Source of the DNA: an uncultured Thermoplasmata archaeon | GTDB lineage: Archaea > Thermoplasmatota > Thermoplasmata > Lutacidiplasmatales > UBA184 | Assembly: GCA_963797975.1 (NCBI GenBank) | Contig: CAWCRH010000003.1 | Span: 3,627 to 67,626, forward strand | DNA: 64,000 nt | Direction: 5' to 3' | Part shown: piece after piece, positions 49,470-58,165 of the stretch | How the letters are laid out: each line of letters starts with the position of its first letter | Position numbering within the stretch: the first letter of the stretch is position 1 | Translations under genes and position numbers: made by a program | The notes under the pieces: generated by a model | What the model saw: only the letters and a program-made list of their open reading frames with translations | Database searches by the model: none | What the model was told of the DNA's origin: nothing

Positions 49470-49634
49470 ATGTCCATGAGGCGAGTGCGCTGCTCGAAGT
49501 GCGGCGGAGAGTTCGATTATCAGTACATTCCCGGCGCGTCCTTCACGGCGGTCCGGCTATGGGACCGCCGGTACATGGCGTGCCCGCTCTGCCATCGCTG
49601 GTCGGTCTTCCGTCTCAAGGATCCGACGCCCTGA
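49470..49634 (+). CDS. Small zinc-ribbon protein (54 aa)
   Basis: MSMRRVRCSKCGGEF....CPLCHRW. It lies 5 nt after the preceding stop, in the C-terminal part of ORF 49254-49634. Confidence 0.4.
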   Translation: MSMRRVRCSKCGGEFDYQYIPGASFTAVRLWDRRYMACPLCHRWSVFRLKDPTP

Positions 49635-49731
49635 CATCGGGTCCTGTGCGCCAGGGTGAACGGCGGCCCCCGTTCTTTAGGGAACCACCGTCGTGCTATA
49701 GTACTCGGCGTCCGTAGTCCCTGCGAGCCCT

Positions 49732-50097
49732 ATGAAACTGAAACCGATGAGCGTAGCGATCGTGGTCTCCGACCGCAAGAAAGCCGTCCAGTGGTACCAG
49801 AAGAAGCTCGGGCTAGAGGTCATCGACCGGGAGGATCACTGGGTGACCGTGGGCTCCAAGCGACGCGGGATCCGCCTACACTTGTGCCAGACAACCGAGT
49901 ACGACCCGAAGGGCCAGCTCGAGCCCGGCAACAGCGGGATCATGTTCCAGGTCGACGGCGACATCGAGAAGGCGTACCGGACCCTGAAGCGACGCGGGGT
50001 CAAGTTCTCGCACCCACCTAAGAAGATGGAGTGGGGTTGGTTCTGTGGCTTCCTTGATCCGGATGGGAACGAGTTCTGGCTGATCCCTGCGGACTGA
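49732..50097 (+). CDS. VOC/glyoxalase-family protein
   Basis: 121 aa. The pattern ..VSDRKKAVQWYQKKLGLEV....FLDPDGNEFWL.. is typical of glyoxalase/bleomycin-resistance folds. Confidence 0.7.
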   Translation: MKLKPMSVAIVVSDRKKAVQWYQKKLGLEVIDREDHWVTVGSKRRGIRLHLCQTTEYDPKGQLEPGNSGIMFQVDGDIEKAYRTLKRRGVKFSHPPKKMEWGWFCGFLDPDGNEFWLIPAD

Positions 50098-50164
50098 GCC
50101 GATTCGGGGGGATCCCGGCTCCGCCCGCGCCGGGGTTCTTCCTCCGGCCCTGGGTCAGCTCGCG

Positions 50165-50971
50165 CTACTCTCCGAACCGTCGCTGGCGCTGCTGGAAGGC
50201 GCGGATTGCGCGCAGGAAGTCCAGGTACGTGAGCCCAGGCCACAGCACGTCCGAGAAGTAGAGCTCGCTGTAGGCCGACTGCCATAGAAGGAAGTTCGAG
50301 ATCCGTTCCTCCCCGCTCGTCCGGAAGACGAGGTCCGGGTCCGGCAGGTCGGCCGTGTACAAGTGGGATGAGACCAGGCCCGCATCGATCCGCTCCGGGT
50401 CGAGACGCCCCTCGCGGACCTCCCGGGCGAGCGCACGGATCGCCCGGACGATCTCGTCGCGGCCGCCGTAGGCAATCGCGATGTTGTAGAAATAGCGGTC
50501 GTAGTTGCGGGTCGCCGCCTCGGCCGCGTCGATGGCGTCGCGGACCCGCTGGGGTAGCATCTCGCGACGACCGAACGCGCGCACCCGGATGTGGTGACGA
50601 TGGACCCGTGGGTCGGTCACCACCTCCCGGAAGCTCCGTTCGAACAGGTCCATCAGGGCCGAGACCTCCTCCGCCGGGCGACCCAGGTTCTCGGTAGAGA
50701 GCGCGAACACGGTGAGCACCTTGATGTCGATCTCGAGGCACCAGTTCAGCAGGTCCTCGAGCTTGTCCTTCCCTTTCTCATGCCCTTTGGCGACCAAGAG
50801 CGCCTGAGCCGCGGCGAAGCGCCGGTTTCCATCCATGATGATGGCGAGGTGCCTCGGAACCGGCTGCGAGCGGATGAGCTCAAGGAGTCGCCGCTCGGTC
50901 GCCTCGCGGACGGCCGTCCCGACGATCCCCCCGATGGTTGGCCGCGGCTCGCCCTTCTCTGGTTGCGTCAC
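50165..50971 (-). CDS. uppS: cis-Prenyltransferase (undecaprenyl-diphosphate-synthase family)
   Basis: Blocks HLAIIMDGNRRFA and FRTSGEERISNFLLWQSAYSELYF. ORF 50165-51082 cannot start at 51082 because it would run through the tRNA. The GTG at 50971 is a plausible start, but this is uncertain. Confidence 0.8.
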   Translation of the reverse strand: MTQPEKGEPRPTIGGIVGTAVREATERRLLELIRSQPVPRHLAIIMDGNRRFAAAQALLVAKGHEKGKDKLEDLLNWCLEIDIKVLTVFALSTENLGRPAEEVSALMDLFERSFREVVTDPRVHRHHIRVRAFGRREMLPQRVRDAIDAAEAATRNYDRYFYNIAIAYGGRDEIVRAIRALAREVREGRLDPERIDAGLVSSHLYTADLPDPDLVFRTSGEERISNFLLWQSAYSELYFSDVLWPGLTYLDFLRAIRAFQQRQRRFGE

Positions 50972-51037
50972 CGGTCGCACCGGACTCGACGCGAGCACAA
51001 AACGCTCCCGACCGGCCCAGCCGGGGAAAGGGGGAGG

Positions 51038-51142
51038 CGCCCTGGTCGGGAGTTCCGGACCCCGGGGGTCGTCCCCGAGCACCTTCGAACCCGAGTCCCA
51101 AGCTCGACAGACTTAGATCCTAGACCACTAGACTACCAGGGC
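51038..51142 (-). tRNA. tRNA-Asp (anticodon GUC) with a 32-nt intron at non-canonical position 59/60 (T-loop)
   Basis: Minus strand reads GCCCTGG TA GTCT AGTGGTCTA GGAT C TAAGT CTGTCGA GCTTG GGAC TCGGG TTCGAA [32-nt intron, 51083-51052] T CCCGA CCAGGGC G. All stems pair. The mature length is 73 nt. The splice sites fall in two 3-nt bulges (AAG, ACT) flanking the 4-bp helix TTCG/CGGA. Confidence 0.75.
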
Positions 51143-51165
51143 AGCCGACCGGCCTACTCCCGTCG

Positions 51166-51180
51166 GGCTATGAAACTATC
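51166..51180 (-). promoter_or_regulatory. Possible TATA element for the tRNA-Asp gene
   Basis: On the minus strand GATAGTTTCATAGCC lies about 25-38 nt upstream of the tRNA 5' end. Confidence 0.3.
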
Positions 51181-51299
51181 CCACCCACGCCGGCCCTGAG
51201 CTCGCTCGCGCCAACGCGGGAGCGGACATGTGCGCGTGGAGGATTCGGCTTATGTAGCCCGACCCCGGCTGAGTTCGAACAGGGGAAGTCGGTCGCTCG

Positions 51300-51437
51300 A
51301 TGTGGCTCTCGTGGGTCGTGGCGATCGCCCTCATCGTCGTGGCGATCGTCGTGCTCAGCCACCTGGGCGTGAACCTGATTTCGATGATGTCGACCGGCTT
51401 CCACGATGTCGAGCACTTCCTCGGCAGGTCGCTCTGA
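51300..51437 (+). CDS. Possible small single-TM protein (45 aa)
   Basis: MWLSWVVAIALIVVAIVVLSHLGVNLISMMSTGFHDVEHFLGRSL. G/C-rich third codon positions. Not in the ORF track. Confidence 0.3.
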   Translation: MWLSWVVAIALIVVAIVVLSHLGVNLISMMSTGFHDVEHFLGRSL

Positions 51438-51449
51438 GCCGCGAGCACC

Positions 51450-52013
51450 CTAGCCGCGCGCGAGCACCCGATAGGTAGCACCGCGGAAGGTGTCCGCACG
51501 GATGTCGGGAACGAAGCGGCGCTCGGTGAGTTCCTTTTCGGTATCCGCCTCGTGACCCACCGCCGGGACGAGCGCGGTCAACAGACCCAGTCGACGTCCT
51601 GCCTCCATGTCGAGCCAGCGGTCTCCCACGATGGCACTGCGGCCCCAATCGAGGCCGAGTTCCTGTTGCGCTCGGACGAACAATTCCGTGCCCGGTTTGC
51701 GGCAGGCGCACTCTTGTTCGGGAAGGTGGGGGCAGTAGTAGAAAGCGTCGACCCGAGCGCCCTCGCTAGCGAGCCGTTCGTTCAGCCGGTCGTGGACGCG
51801 GTCCACATCCTGCGTTGAGTAGAATCCCCGTGCGATCCCCGATTGGTTCGTCACGCACACGACCCGGTAGCCGTGCGCTCTCGCAAGCCGTAGCGCCTCG
51901 CTGACCCCTCCCAGGATCTCGATCCGCTCGGGGTCGCCGAGGTAGTGAAGGTCGGGGATGAGCGTCCCATCGCGGTCCACGAAGAGGGCGGGCGAACTCA
52001 TGAGGCGCGCCAC
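51450..52013 (-). CDS. HAD-IIIA phosphatase (D,D-heptose-1,7-bisphosphate phosphatase GmhB-like)
   Basis: Blocks FVDRDGTLI, CVTNQSGIARG, CACRKPG and VGDRWLDMEAG. Confidence 0.75.
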   Translation of the reverse strand: MARLMSSPALFVDRDGTLIPDLHYLGDPERIEILGGVSEALRLARAHGYRVVCVTNQSGIARGFYSTQDVDRVHDRLNERLASEGARVDAFYYCPHLPEQECACRKPGTELFVRAQQELGLDWGRSAIVGDRWLDMEAGRRLGLLTALVPAVGHEADTEKELTERRFVPDIRADTFRGATYRVLARG

Positions 52014-52070
52014 GGAGCGGTGAACCGGAGCCCCGTTAAGCGTCTTGGGTCCTGGGGGGGCGAGCGTCCC

Positions 52071-52811
52071 GTGGCGAAGGCGGTCTCCGAGACCTATGCG
52101 GCGGTCGACCGCGAGTTCGACCGTTCGATGGACGCGCTACGGGCGGACCCGGCGCCCACGACGGTGCTCTTCTCGGGGGGCGTGGATTCGTCCCTCGTCG
52201 CCGATGCGCTCCGAGGGCACCCCGACCTCGAGCTCCTCACGATCGGGACTCCCTCGAGCACCGACATCGAGAGCGGGCGGTCGGCCGCCCGGCTCCTCGA
52301 CCTCCCCTGGCGAGGAGCCGTGGTGGGCCGCGATGACGTAGAGGCGGCCCTCGAATCGTGCGGCGATGTACTCGAGGGAACGCAAGGGACGCTGAGGGCG
52401 GTCGCGGTAAGCTTCGCCGTTGCGGTCGGCCAGACACGACCCTCGCACCTGGTCACGGCCCAGGGGGTCGACGAACTCTTCCTTGGCTATGCCCACTTTC
52501 GCGGGCTCAGGGGAGCAGCCCTCGAGACACGCTACCGTGCGGACCTCGCTCTCCTGCTCGAGCGCGAGTGGCCGCGGGCCTTGCGGATAGCCGGGAGACA
52601 GGACCGAACGCTCATCGCTCCCTTCCTCGAACCCAAGCTCATGCGCGCGTTGGAGACCGTCCCGCTCCGAGACCGAGCCCTCGGCTCAGAGGCAAAGTCG
52701 TGGTTCCGGGAGTGGGCCGAAGAGCGCGGTCTCCCTTCCGCGCTCGCCCACCGCCCGAAGAAGGCCTTCCAGTACGGGAGCGGGATCGAGCGCTTGCTGC
52801 GCACCCTGTGA
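52071..52811 (+). CDS. Asparagine-synthase-domain PP-loop ATPase
   Basis: PP-loop LFSGGVDSS, QGVDELFLGY, and C-terminal KKAFQYGSG. The start is uncertain (GTG at 52071 within ORF 51945-52811). Confidence 0.6.
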   Translation: MAKAVSETYAAVDREFDRSMDALRADPAPTTVLFSGGVDSSLVADALRGHPDLELLTIGTPSSTDIESGRSAARLLDLPWRGAVVGRDDVEAALESCGDVLEGTQGTLRAVAVSFAVAVGQTRPSHLVTAQGVDELFLGYAHFRGLRGAALETRYRADLALLLEREWPRALRIAGRQDRTLIAPFLEPKLMRALETVPLRDRALGSEAKSWFREWAEERGLPSALAHRPKKAFQYGSGIERLLRTL

Positions 52812-53035
52812 AGGGCGGCTTCCTCCGGCTCACACCCCGGGGAGGAATGCCTCACCCACGCGGACACGGGAGCCCTCTTGACCCTCCCGATGGCTAGGCG
52901 GATTCCGCCGGGCTCGGCGACGTGCGCCTCACGTGCAACCTACTGGCGGATGGGATAGCGCTCTCCGGTAGGGCGGTGCCGTGCGGGGGGAGGCATTAAG
53001 GAGGTTCGGGGGCGTTTCGCGGCGAGGCGCCCCCG

Positions 53036-53794
53036 GTGCTCGGGTTCGAAGACGCCCTCTTGGGCGTCATTATCACCATAGTCCTCGCGGCCGTTGCCGC
53101 GCGTCTTCGCGCGCTCACCGTCCCCGCCGCCATCGTAGCGGCCGCCTTTGGCAGCGTCATCGTTGTTGTCGGCGGGTTTGCCTATCTGGGGCTCCTCGCC
53201 CTCTTCCTTTTCGCGAGCGGCCTCGTGACGCGATACCGTTTCGCAGACAAGGCCAGTCGCTCCGTGCAGGAGGGGGAGGCGGGAGAACGGGGGATCTCGA
53301 ACGTGCTCTCGCACATCTTCCTCCCGACGGTCCTGGTCGTCGTCGCGACCGTCCTCCCCTCTCAGATGCCCACGGAGACCACGGCGTTCCTCTACGCGGC
53401 GGCGATCGCCTTCGGGGCGGCCGACACCTTTGCGAGTGAGCTTGGGATCCTCGCCGGGTCCGCGGTCGCGATCCTGACGCTCAAGCCCGTGACCCCGGGG
53501 ACGAATGGGGGCGTTTCGACGCGAGGGGAGCTCTTCGCTCTCCTCGGGGCGCTCACGACCGCCCTCGTGGGCGCGGGTCTCTTCTGGGGCTTCTCTAACC
53601 CGCTCGTCTCCGTCCCGCTCTTCATCGGAGGAGTGACCGCGGCCGGGTTCATCGGCTGCCAGATCGACTCCGTCCTGGGTGAGACCCTCGAGAATCGCGG
53701 GTACCTGACGAAGGGCTCTACGAACCTGATCGGAATGGCCTCCTCGATCGGGATCGGCCTCGTCATCCTCTGGTTCGCCGGGGTGGCGCTCTAA
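53036..53794 (+). CDS. Integral membrane protein, DUF92/TMEM19-like
   Basis: 252 aa, about 7 TM segments, with blocks GAADTFASELG and NGGVSTRGE as recalled for DUF92. Confidence 0.5.
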   Translation: MLGFEDALLGVIITIVLAAVAARLRALTVPAAIVAAAFGSVIVVVGGFAYLGLLALFLFASGLVTRYRFADKASRSVQEGEAGERGISNVLSHIFLPTVLVVVATVLPSQMPTETTAFLYAAAIAFGAADTFASELGILAGSAVAILTLKPVTPGTNGGVSTRGELFALLGALTTALVGAGLFWGFSNPLVSVPLFIGGVTAAGFIGCQIDSVLGETLENRGYLTKGSTNLIGMASSIGIGLVILWFAGVAL

Positions 53795-54528
53795 TGACCG
53801 GAGGAAGCGCTCCGCGCGGCAGCGTCACCTTGCTCTCCGGTGGAATGGACTCGGCGACCTGTCTCGCATTGGCCGTGAAGGAAGATCCCCCCGTCCACGC
53901 GTTGACGGTCCTCTATGGCCAGCGCCACGAGCGCGAGGTCGAGAGCGCCCGGCGCCTGGCCCGCCGCTTCCACGTTCGCCGCCACGTCGTCCTCGAGCTC
54001 CCGATCGGTCCCCTTCTGCGATCGACCCTGACCGATCGCGCCGCCCCGCTTCCCACCCGTTCGGCCCGCGGCCGGCCGCGAATCCCTCCCACCTACGTCC
54101 CAGCTCGGAACACATTCTTGCTCGCCCTCGCGCTCGGCTACGCCGAGAGCCACGACCTTGGGGGCATCTACCTCGGCGTCAATGCGGTGGACTACTCCGG
54201 CTACCCGGACTGCCGTCCCGAGTTCCTCCGGGCGTTTCGAAAGGTGGCCCGCCTCGCGACGCGCGTGGGGGTGGAGGAGGGACACCCGATCCGGATCCAT
54301 GCTCCCCTCGAGCGCCGTTCGAAGGCCGACATCGTCCGCCTCGGCACACGGCTGGGCGTCCCGTGGGAGCTCACGTGGAGCTGTTACGCCGGGGGAGCTA
54401 TGCCGTGCAGGAAGTGCGACGCATGCCGCCTGCGCGCGAAGGGATTCGCTGAGGCCGGTGTTCCCGACCCGGCGCTCACGCCGCAGGCGTCACGGTCGAG
54501 GCGCAGAAGGCGCAGCGTTTCGCCTTGA
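53794..54528 (+). CDS. queC: 7-cyano-7-deazaguanine synthase QueC (archaeosine pathway)
   Basis: PP-loop LLSGGMDSAT, YVPARNT, NAVDYSGYPDCRPEF, and Zn site SCYAG..CRKCDAC. TAATG overlap with the preceding gene. Confidence 0.85.
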   Translation: MTGGSAPRGSVTLLSGGMDSATCLALAVKEDPPVHALTVLYGQRHEREVESARRLARRFHVRRHVVLELPIGPLLRSTLTDRAAPLPTRSARGRPRIPPTYVPARNTFLLALALGYAESHDLGGIYLGVNAVDYSGYPDCRPEFLRAFRKVARLATRVGVEEGHPIRIHAPLERRSKADIVRLGTRLGVPWELTWSCYAGGAMPCRKCDACRLRAKGFAEAGVPDPALTPQASRSRRRRRSVSP

Positions 54529-54895
54529 CGTTGATCGGGGAGCAGCACTCCGGGCACTCTCGGGTCGTCGGCGGGGCTTTCGCTTTTCGGGCCTCTTGCC
54601 GTTCGACCTGCTTCGCCATCGGGTAGACGATGGCGAAGAAGACCACGACCAGGACCACGATGAAGTTGATCAGTGCGGAGGCGAAGGCACCGAAGGCGAA
54701 CGTGCTGTTGAGCACTTGGATGTTGCCCACCTGGTTGAGATTTCCGGGCAGCACGAGTCCGATGAGCGGGTCGACGAGGTTCGACACGAGGCCACTCACC
54801 ACGGCCGTGATCGCAATACCGATGACGATGCCTACGGCCATCTCGGCGAAGCTTCCCCGAGTCGCGAACTTCTTGAGGTCCTCCCAGACGCCCAT
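54476..54895 (-). CDS. mscL: Large-conductance mechanosensitive channel MscL with a C-terminal zinc-ribbon tail
   Basis: FAEMAVGIVIGIAIT, a second TM segment INFIVVLVVVFFAIVYP, then CPECCSPI..RCAFC. Confidence 0.75.
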   Translation of the reverse strand: MGVWEDLKKFATRGSFAEMAVGIVIGIAITAVVSGLVSNLVDPLIGLVLPGNLNQVGNIQVLNSTFAFGAFASALINFIVVLVVVFFAIVYPMAKQVERQEARKAKAPPTTRECPECCSPINVKAKRCAFCASTVTPAA

Positions 54896-54970
54896 CGGCT
54901 CTCGCTATCCCGAGGCGTGAAGCTCCCCCGGCGATATTTCAATCCTCGGTCGGACTGGCGCCCGGTCGCA

Positions 54971-56770
54971 CTACATCCGCTCGAGCCGTGCGATCCCCAG
55001 GAGGTCCAGCGCGTTCCCCAAGGTTTGGTGCACGGCGGTGACCAGCGCGAGGCGGCTGGCGCGCTCCTCCAATGAGGTGAGCACCGGGACCGAGTGGTAG
55101 AAGCGGTTGAACGCGTCGGCGAGGTCGTGGGCGTACCCCGCGATCGCGTGGACGTGAGCGGTCCGCGCGACTCCTTGGACGGTGCGAGGGAACCGCGCTA
55201 GCACCTGCACTACGGCCCTTTCGTCGTCGGTGCCCAATCGGACCGGGTCGAAATCGGTGAACGGTTCGTCCCCGCCCGCCTTGCGCAGGATGCTCGCGGC
55301 CCGCGCGTACGAGTATTGAATGAACGGTCCGGATCGGCCCTCGAAGCTCAGGGCTTCCTCCCACCGGAACGCGACCGGCTTCTCCGGTGCTACCCGGACG
55401 ACGTGAAAGCGGACCGCGCCCGTGCCGATCGCTTCCGCGATGGTCTCGACCTCGCTGTCGGGGATATCGGGCCAGTGGGAGCGGACCTCGACCTGGGCGC
55501 GGCGGACCGCATCGTCCAGGAGGTCGTCCAGCCAGACCGCGGAACCGCCGCGCGTCGACATGCGCCCACCGGAAACGGCCGTGATGTCCTGGTAGATGAT
55601 GAACGTCGGTCGCTTCGCCTCGCCGATCTCGATGAGGAACGCCTCCAGGGTCTTCGCGTGCAGCCGGTGGTCCTGACCCAAGACGTCGATCACTCGCCCG
55701 AACTCCCGTAGTTTACGGAGGTGGTAGGCGACGTCGCGCGTGATGTACAGGCTCGTCCCGTTCGCCCGCCGGTAGACGACCCGCGACGACTCCTTCGGTA
55801 ACCCGTAGGGGGAAACGTCGATCGCCCGCGCGCCGTTCTCCTCGACCACCGAGTGCGGAGCGCGATCGAGCCGGCCCAGGACCTCATCGACCGCGCCGTC
55901 GTGGAGAAGGGAGGACTCCCAGACGAAGGTGTCGAACCGGACCCCGATCCGCGCGAGGGTCTCGAGCATCCCCGCGAGGATCTTCTCGGCGAGCTCACGG
56001 TGTAAGGGAGGGGCCGCTCCCTCCTCGATGCGGCGCACGAGGTCGGCGACCTCGGCCTGGGCCTCGGGGTGGTCTTTGAGGTAGGCGCTGACGAACGGGT
56101 ACGGGCGTCCGTACGTCGCGTCGAGCTTTCCCGGGCGCGCGTCGGGGGTAGCGGCCGCCGCGCTGATCTCGAGCGGCCAATCGGTCGTTGGCTTGGACCA
56201 GATCCAGGTGATCATCGCGGCCTGGCGCCCCAGGTCGTCCACATAGTACTGCGTCGTGACCTTCGAGCCGGCCGCCCGGAGGACCCGAGCCAGGGTGTCA
56301 CCGATGATCCCGTTACGGACCCGTCCCACATGGAGCGGGCCGGTCGGGTTCGCGCTCGTGTGCTCGACGCAGGCGTCGGGGGCGCCGCCCTCGAAGTGGC
56401 CGTATCGGTCGCCTCGGGCGAAGACGCGCTCAAGGGTTTCCTGGGTGAGGCGCGCGGGCGACACCCGGAAGTTGACGAACGCCCCGACCGCGGTGACGGA
56501 CACGACCGAGGGGCTCGGTACCCACGAATCAGCCAGGCGCCGGGCGAGCTCGTCAGGGGTCAGTTTCATCGAAACCGCCAGGCGGTGGACGGGGAGTGCC
56601 ACGTCCCCCTGGGGGCCCCCGTCCCGGTCGAGCATCTGTTCCAGGGTCGGTCGGTCGACCTTCAGGCCGACCGACGCGGCGTCCGAGAGAAGGCCATTGA
56701 GGAGTTCATCGAGGATGGGGGCCCAAGGGTCGGGCGAGCCCGCGTCAGCCGCCGGGCTCATGGTCGCCAT
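54971..56770 (-). CDS. argS: Arginyl-tRNA synthetase
   Basis: 599 aa with HTSANPTGPLHVGR, MSTRGG and a C-terminal anticodon-binding domain ending ..ARLERM. Confidence 0.92.
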   Translation of the reverse strand: MATMSPAADAGSPDPWAPILDELLNGLLSDAASVGLKVDRPTLEQMLDRDGGPQGDVALPVHRLAVSMKLTPDELARRLADSWVPSPSVVSVTAVGAFVNFRVSPARLTQETLERVFARGDRYGHFEGGAPDACVEHTSANPTGPLHVGRVRNGIIGDTLARVLRAAGSKVTTQYYVDDLGRQAAMITWIWSKPTTDWPLEISAAAATPDARPGKLDATYGRPYPFVSAYLKDHPEAQAEVADLVRRIEEGAAPPLHRELAEKILAGMLETLARIGVRFDTFVWESSLLHDGAVDEVLGRLDRAPHSVVEENGARAIDVSPYGLPKESSRVVYRRANGTSLYITRDVAYHLRKLREFGRVIDVLGQDHRLHAKTLEAFLIEIGEAKRPTFIIYQDITAVSGGRMSTRGGSAVWLDDLLDDAVRRAQVEVRSHWPDIPDSEVETIAEAIGTGAVRFHVVRVAPEKPVAFRWEEALSFEGRSGPFIQYSYARAASILRKAGGDEPFTDFDPVRLGTDDERAVVQVLARFPRTVQGVARTAHVHAIAGYAHDLADAFNRFYHSVPVLTSLEERASRLALVTAVHQTLGNALDLLGIARLERM

Positions 56771-56822
56771 CGATCTCCGAAGGGAAGCGCTTTACGAGTC
56801 GTTCCATCTTAACGATTTTGCG

Positions 56823-57722
56823 ATGGCCGATCTGATCCTCATTCGCTACGGGGAGCTTGCGCTCAAGTCCGCTCCCGTCCGGCGGGAGTTCGAACGCCAG
56901 CTCCGGCGTAACATCCTCGACCTGTTCGTGGCCGAGGGCCTCCTCGGGCGATTGCGGGCCGACCACGGGCATCTCTACGCGGAGGTCCAAGACGCTTCCG
57001 TGGCGATCCAGGTCCTCTGCCGGGTCTTTGGGGTCACTTCGGTCAGCCGGGTCGAGGAGGTCCCTACGGACCGGGCCGTGCTGCGGGAGCGCCTGCTCGG
57101 GCTCGCGGACCCGCTGCTGAGACCGTCCAGCTCGTTCGCGGTCCGTGCCCGCCGTACCGGCACCCACCCCTTCACGAGCCAGGAACTCGCGCGGGACCTG
57201 GGGTCCGACGTGTTGGAGCGGTTCGCGGACCGATCGCTTCGGGTCGACCTGGAGCACCCCGACGTGGAGCTCTTCGTGGAGGTGCGCGGTCCCCGAACGT
57301 ACCTCTACCGTGACCGAGCCAGCGGGCCCGGGGGTCTCCCGCTCGGAGTAGCGGGCCGCGTCGCCGCGTTGGTCGATGGGTCCCGGGGCGCGCTGGGAGC
57401 GTATCTGATGATGAAGCGAGGCTGTCGGTGTGCGATAGTGGTCGCACCCGCGGACCACGGGCTCGTCGACGACGTCCTCGCGCGCTTCGACCCTAAAATG
57501 AAGGTGGTCACTCCTACCGACGGAGAGGCCTCGACGACCGAGGTGCTCGCGCGGCTCGTGGAGGAGTGGCACGCCGACGGGGTGGTGCTCCCCATCCCCG
57601 TCGAGGATTTCGGAACGGAGCGGGAACGCTGGGGAGACCGGGTCCTTTTCTCTCCCACGGTAGGATGGACGGATGACGAGGTCGACGAGCGATGGAAGAA
57701 GGTAGTCGGGCTCGTCGCGTGA
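56823..57722 (+). CDS. ThiI-like THUMP-domain protein with a degenerate PP-loop
   Basis: N-terminal LILIRYGELALKS..RR.FE..L and a THUMP-like middle region. DGSRGA stands where SGG.DS is expected. The C-terminal domain is short. The start was set at the ATG at 56823. Confidence 0.55.
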   Translation: MADLILIRYGELALKSAPVRREFERQLRRNILDLFVAEGLLGRLRADHGHLYAEVQDASVAIQVLCRVFGVTSVSRVEEVPTDRAVLRERLLGLADPLLRPSSSFAVRARRTGTHPFTSQELARDLGSDVLERFADRSLRVDLEHPDVELFVEVRGPRTYLYRDRASGPGGLPLGVAGRVAALVDGSRGALGAYLMMKRGCRCAIVVAPADHGLVDDVLARFDPKMKVVTPTDGEASTTEVLARLVEEWHADGVVLPIPVEDFGTERERWGDRVLFSPTVGWTDDEVDERWKKVVGLVA

Positions 57723-57925
57723 CCGACGAGGGCGCACCGCCAGAAGAGTCGCCGGCAGCCCTTCCACCCGCCGTGGGATCCCCACCATCCGCGGGCCGGC
57801 GAAAGGGGCTCGAGTCGCCGGAGGAGGCCTTGGAGGAACGCCGTCGCCGCTGGCACGCGGAACGCGCCCGACGCGAGCGAGCGGTCGACGAAGAGAGCAA
57901 GGCGCAAGCGTCGGCGGCCCCCTAA
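57719..57925 (+). CDS. Possible small charged protein (68 aa)
   Basis: The GTG overlaps the ThiI-like stop (GTGA). Sequence ..EEALEERRRRWHAERARRERAVDEE... Could be spurious. Confidence 0.2.
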   Translation: MTDEGAPPEESPAALPPAVGSPPSAGRRKGLESPEEALEERRRRWHAERARRERAVDEESKAQASAAP

Positions 57926-57973
57926 CAAGCCTTATCTCACCGCTCCGGTCGACCTAGAGCGAGACTCGCGACG

Positions 57974-58165
57974 ATGGGCGCTTTTGTGGTATCCGGGAGC
58001 TTCTATGCCCGGCGTGGGGATTGGCAGCCGTTCCGTAAGCAGCACGAGGCTGACTCCCCCGAGCAGGCTCGCGAGTGGGCCCTCAGCGAGATTGGGGGCT
58101 GCCACCACGTGAAGCGCGCTCTGATCAAGATCGACTCGGTGACGCCCGCGGAAACGTCGTCATGA
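57974..58165 (+). CDS. rplX: Ribosomal protein eL20 (LX / L18Ae)
   Basis: MGAFVVSGSFYARRGDWQPFRKQ....EIGGCHHVKRALIKIDSV matches the archaeal LX pattern F.V.G.F....Q.F......GS.H.VKR..I.I..V. Confidence 0.75.
   Translation: MGAFVVSGSFYARRGDWQPFRKQHEADSPEQAREWALSEIGGCHHVKRALIKIDSVTPAETSS

Noticed and set aside
50972-51082. N-terminal 37 codons of ORF 50165-51082 as part of uppS.
   Set aside because: This segment runs through exon 2, the intron and a few nucleotides of exon 1 of the tRNA-Asp gene on the same strand. The conserved UppS core starts well downstream.
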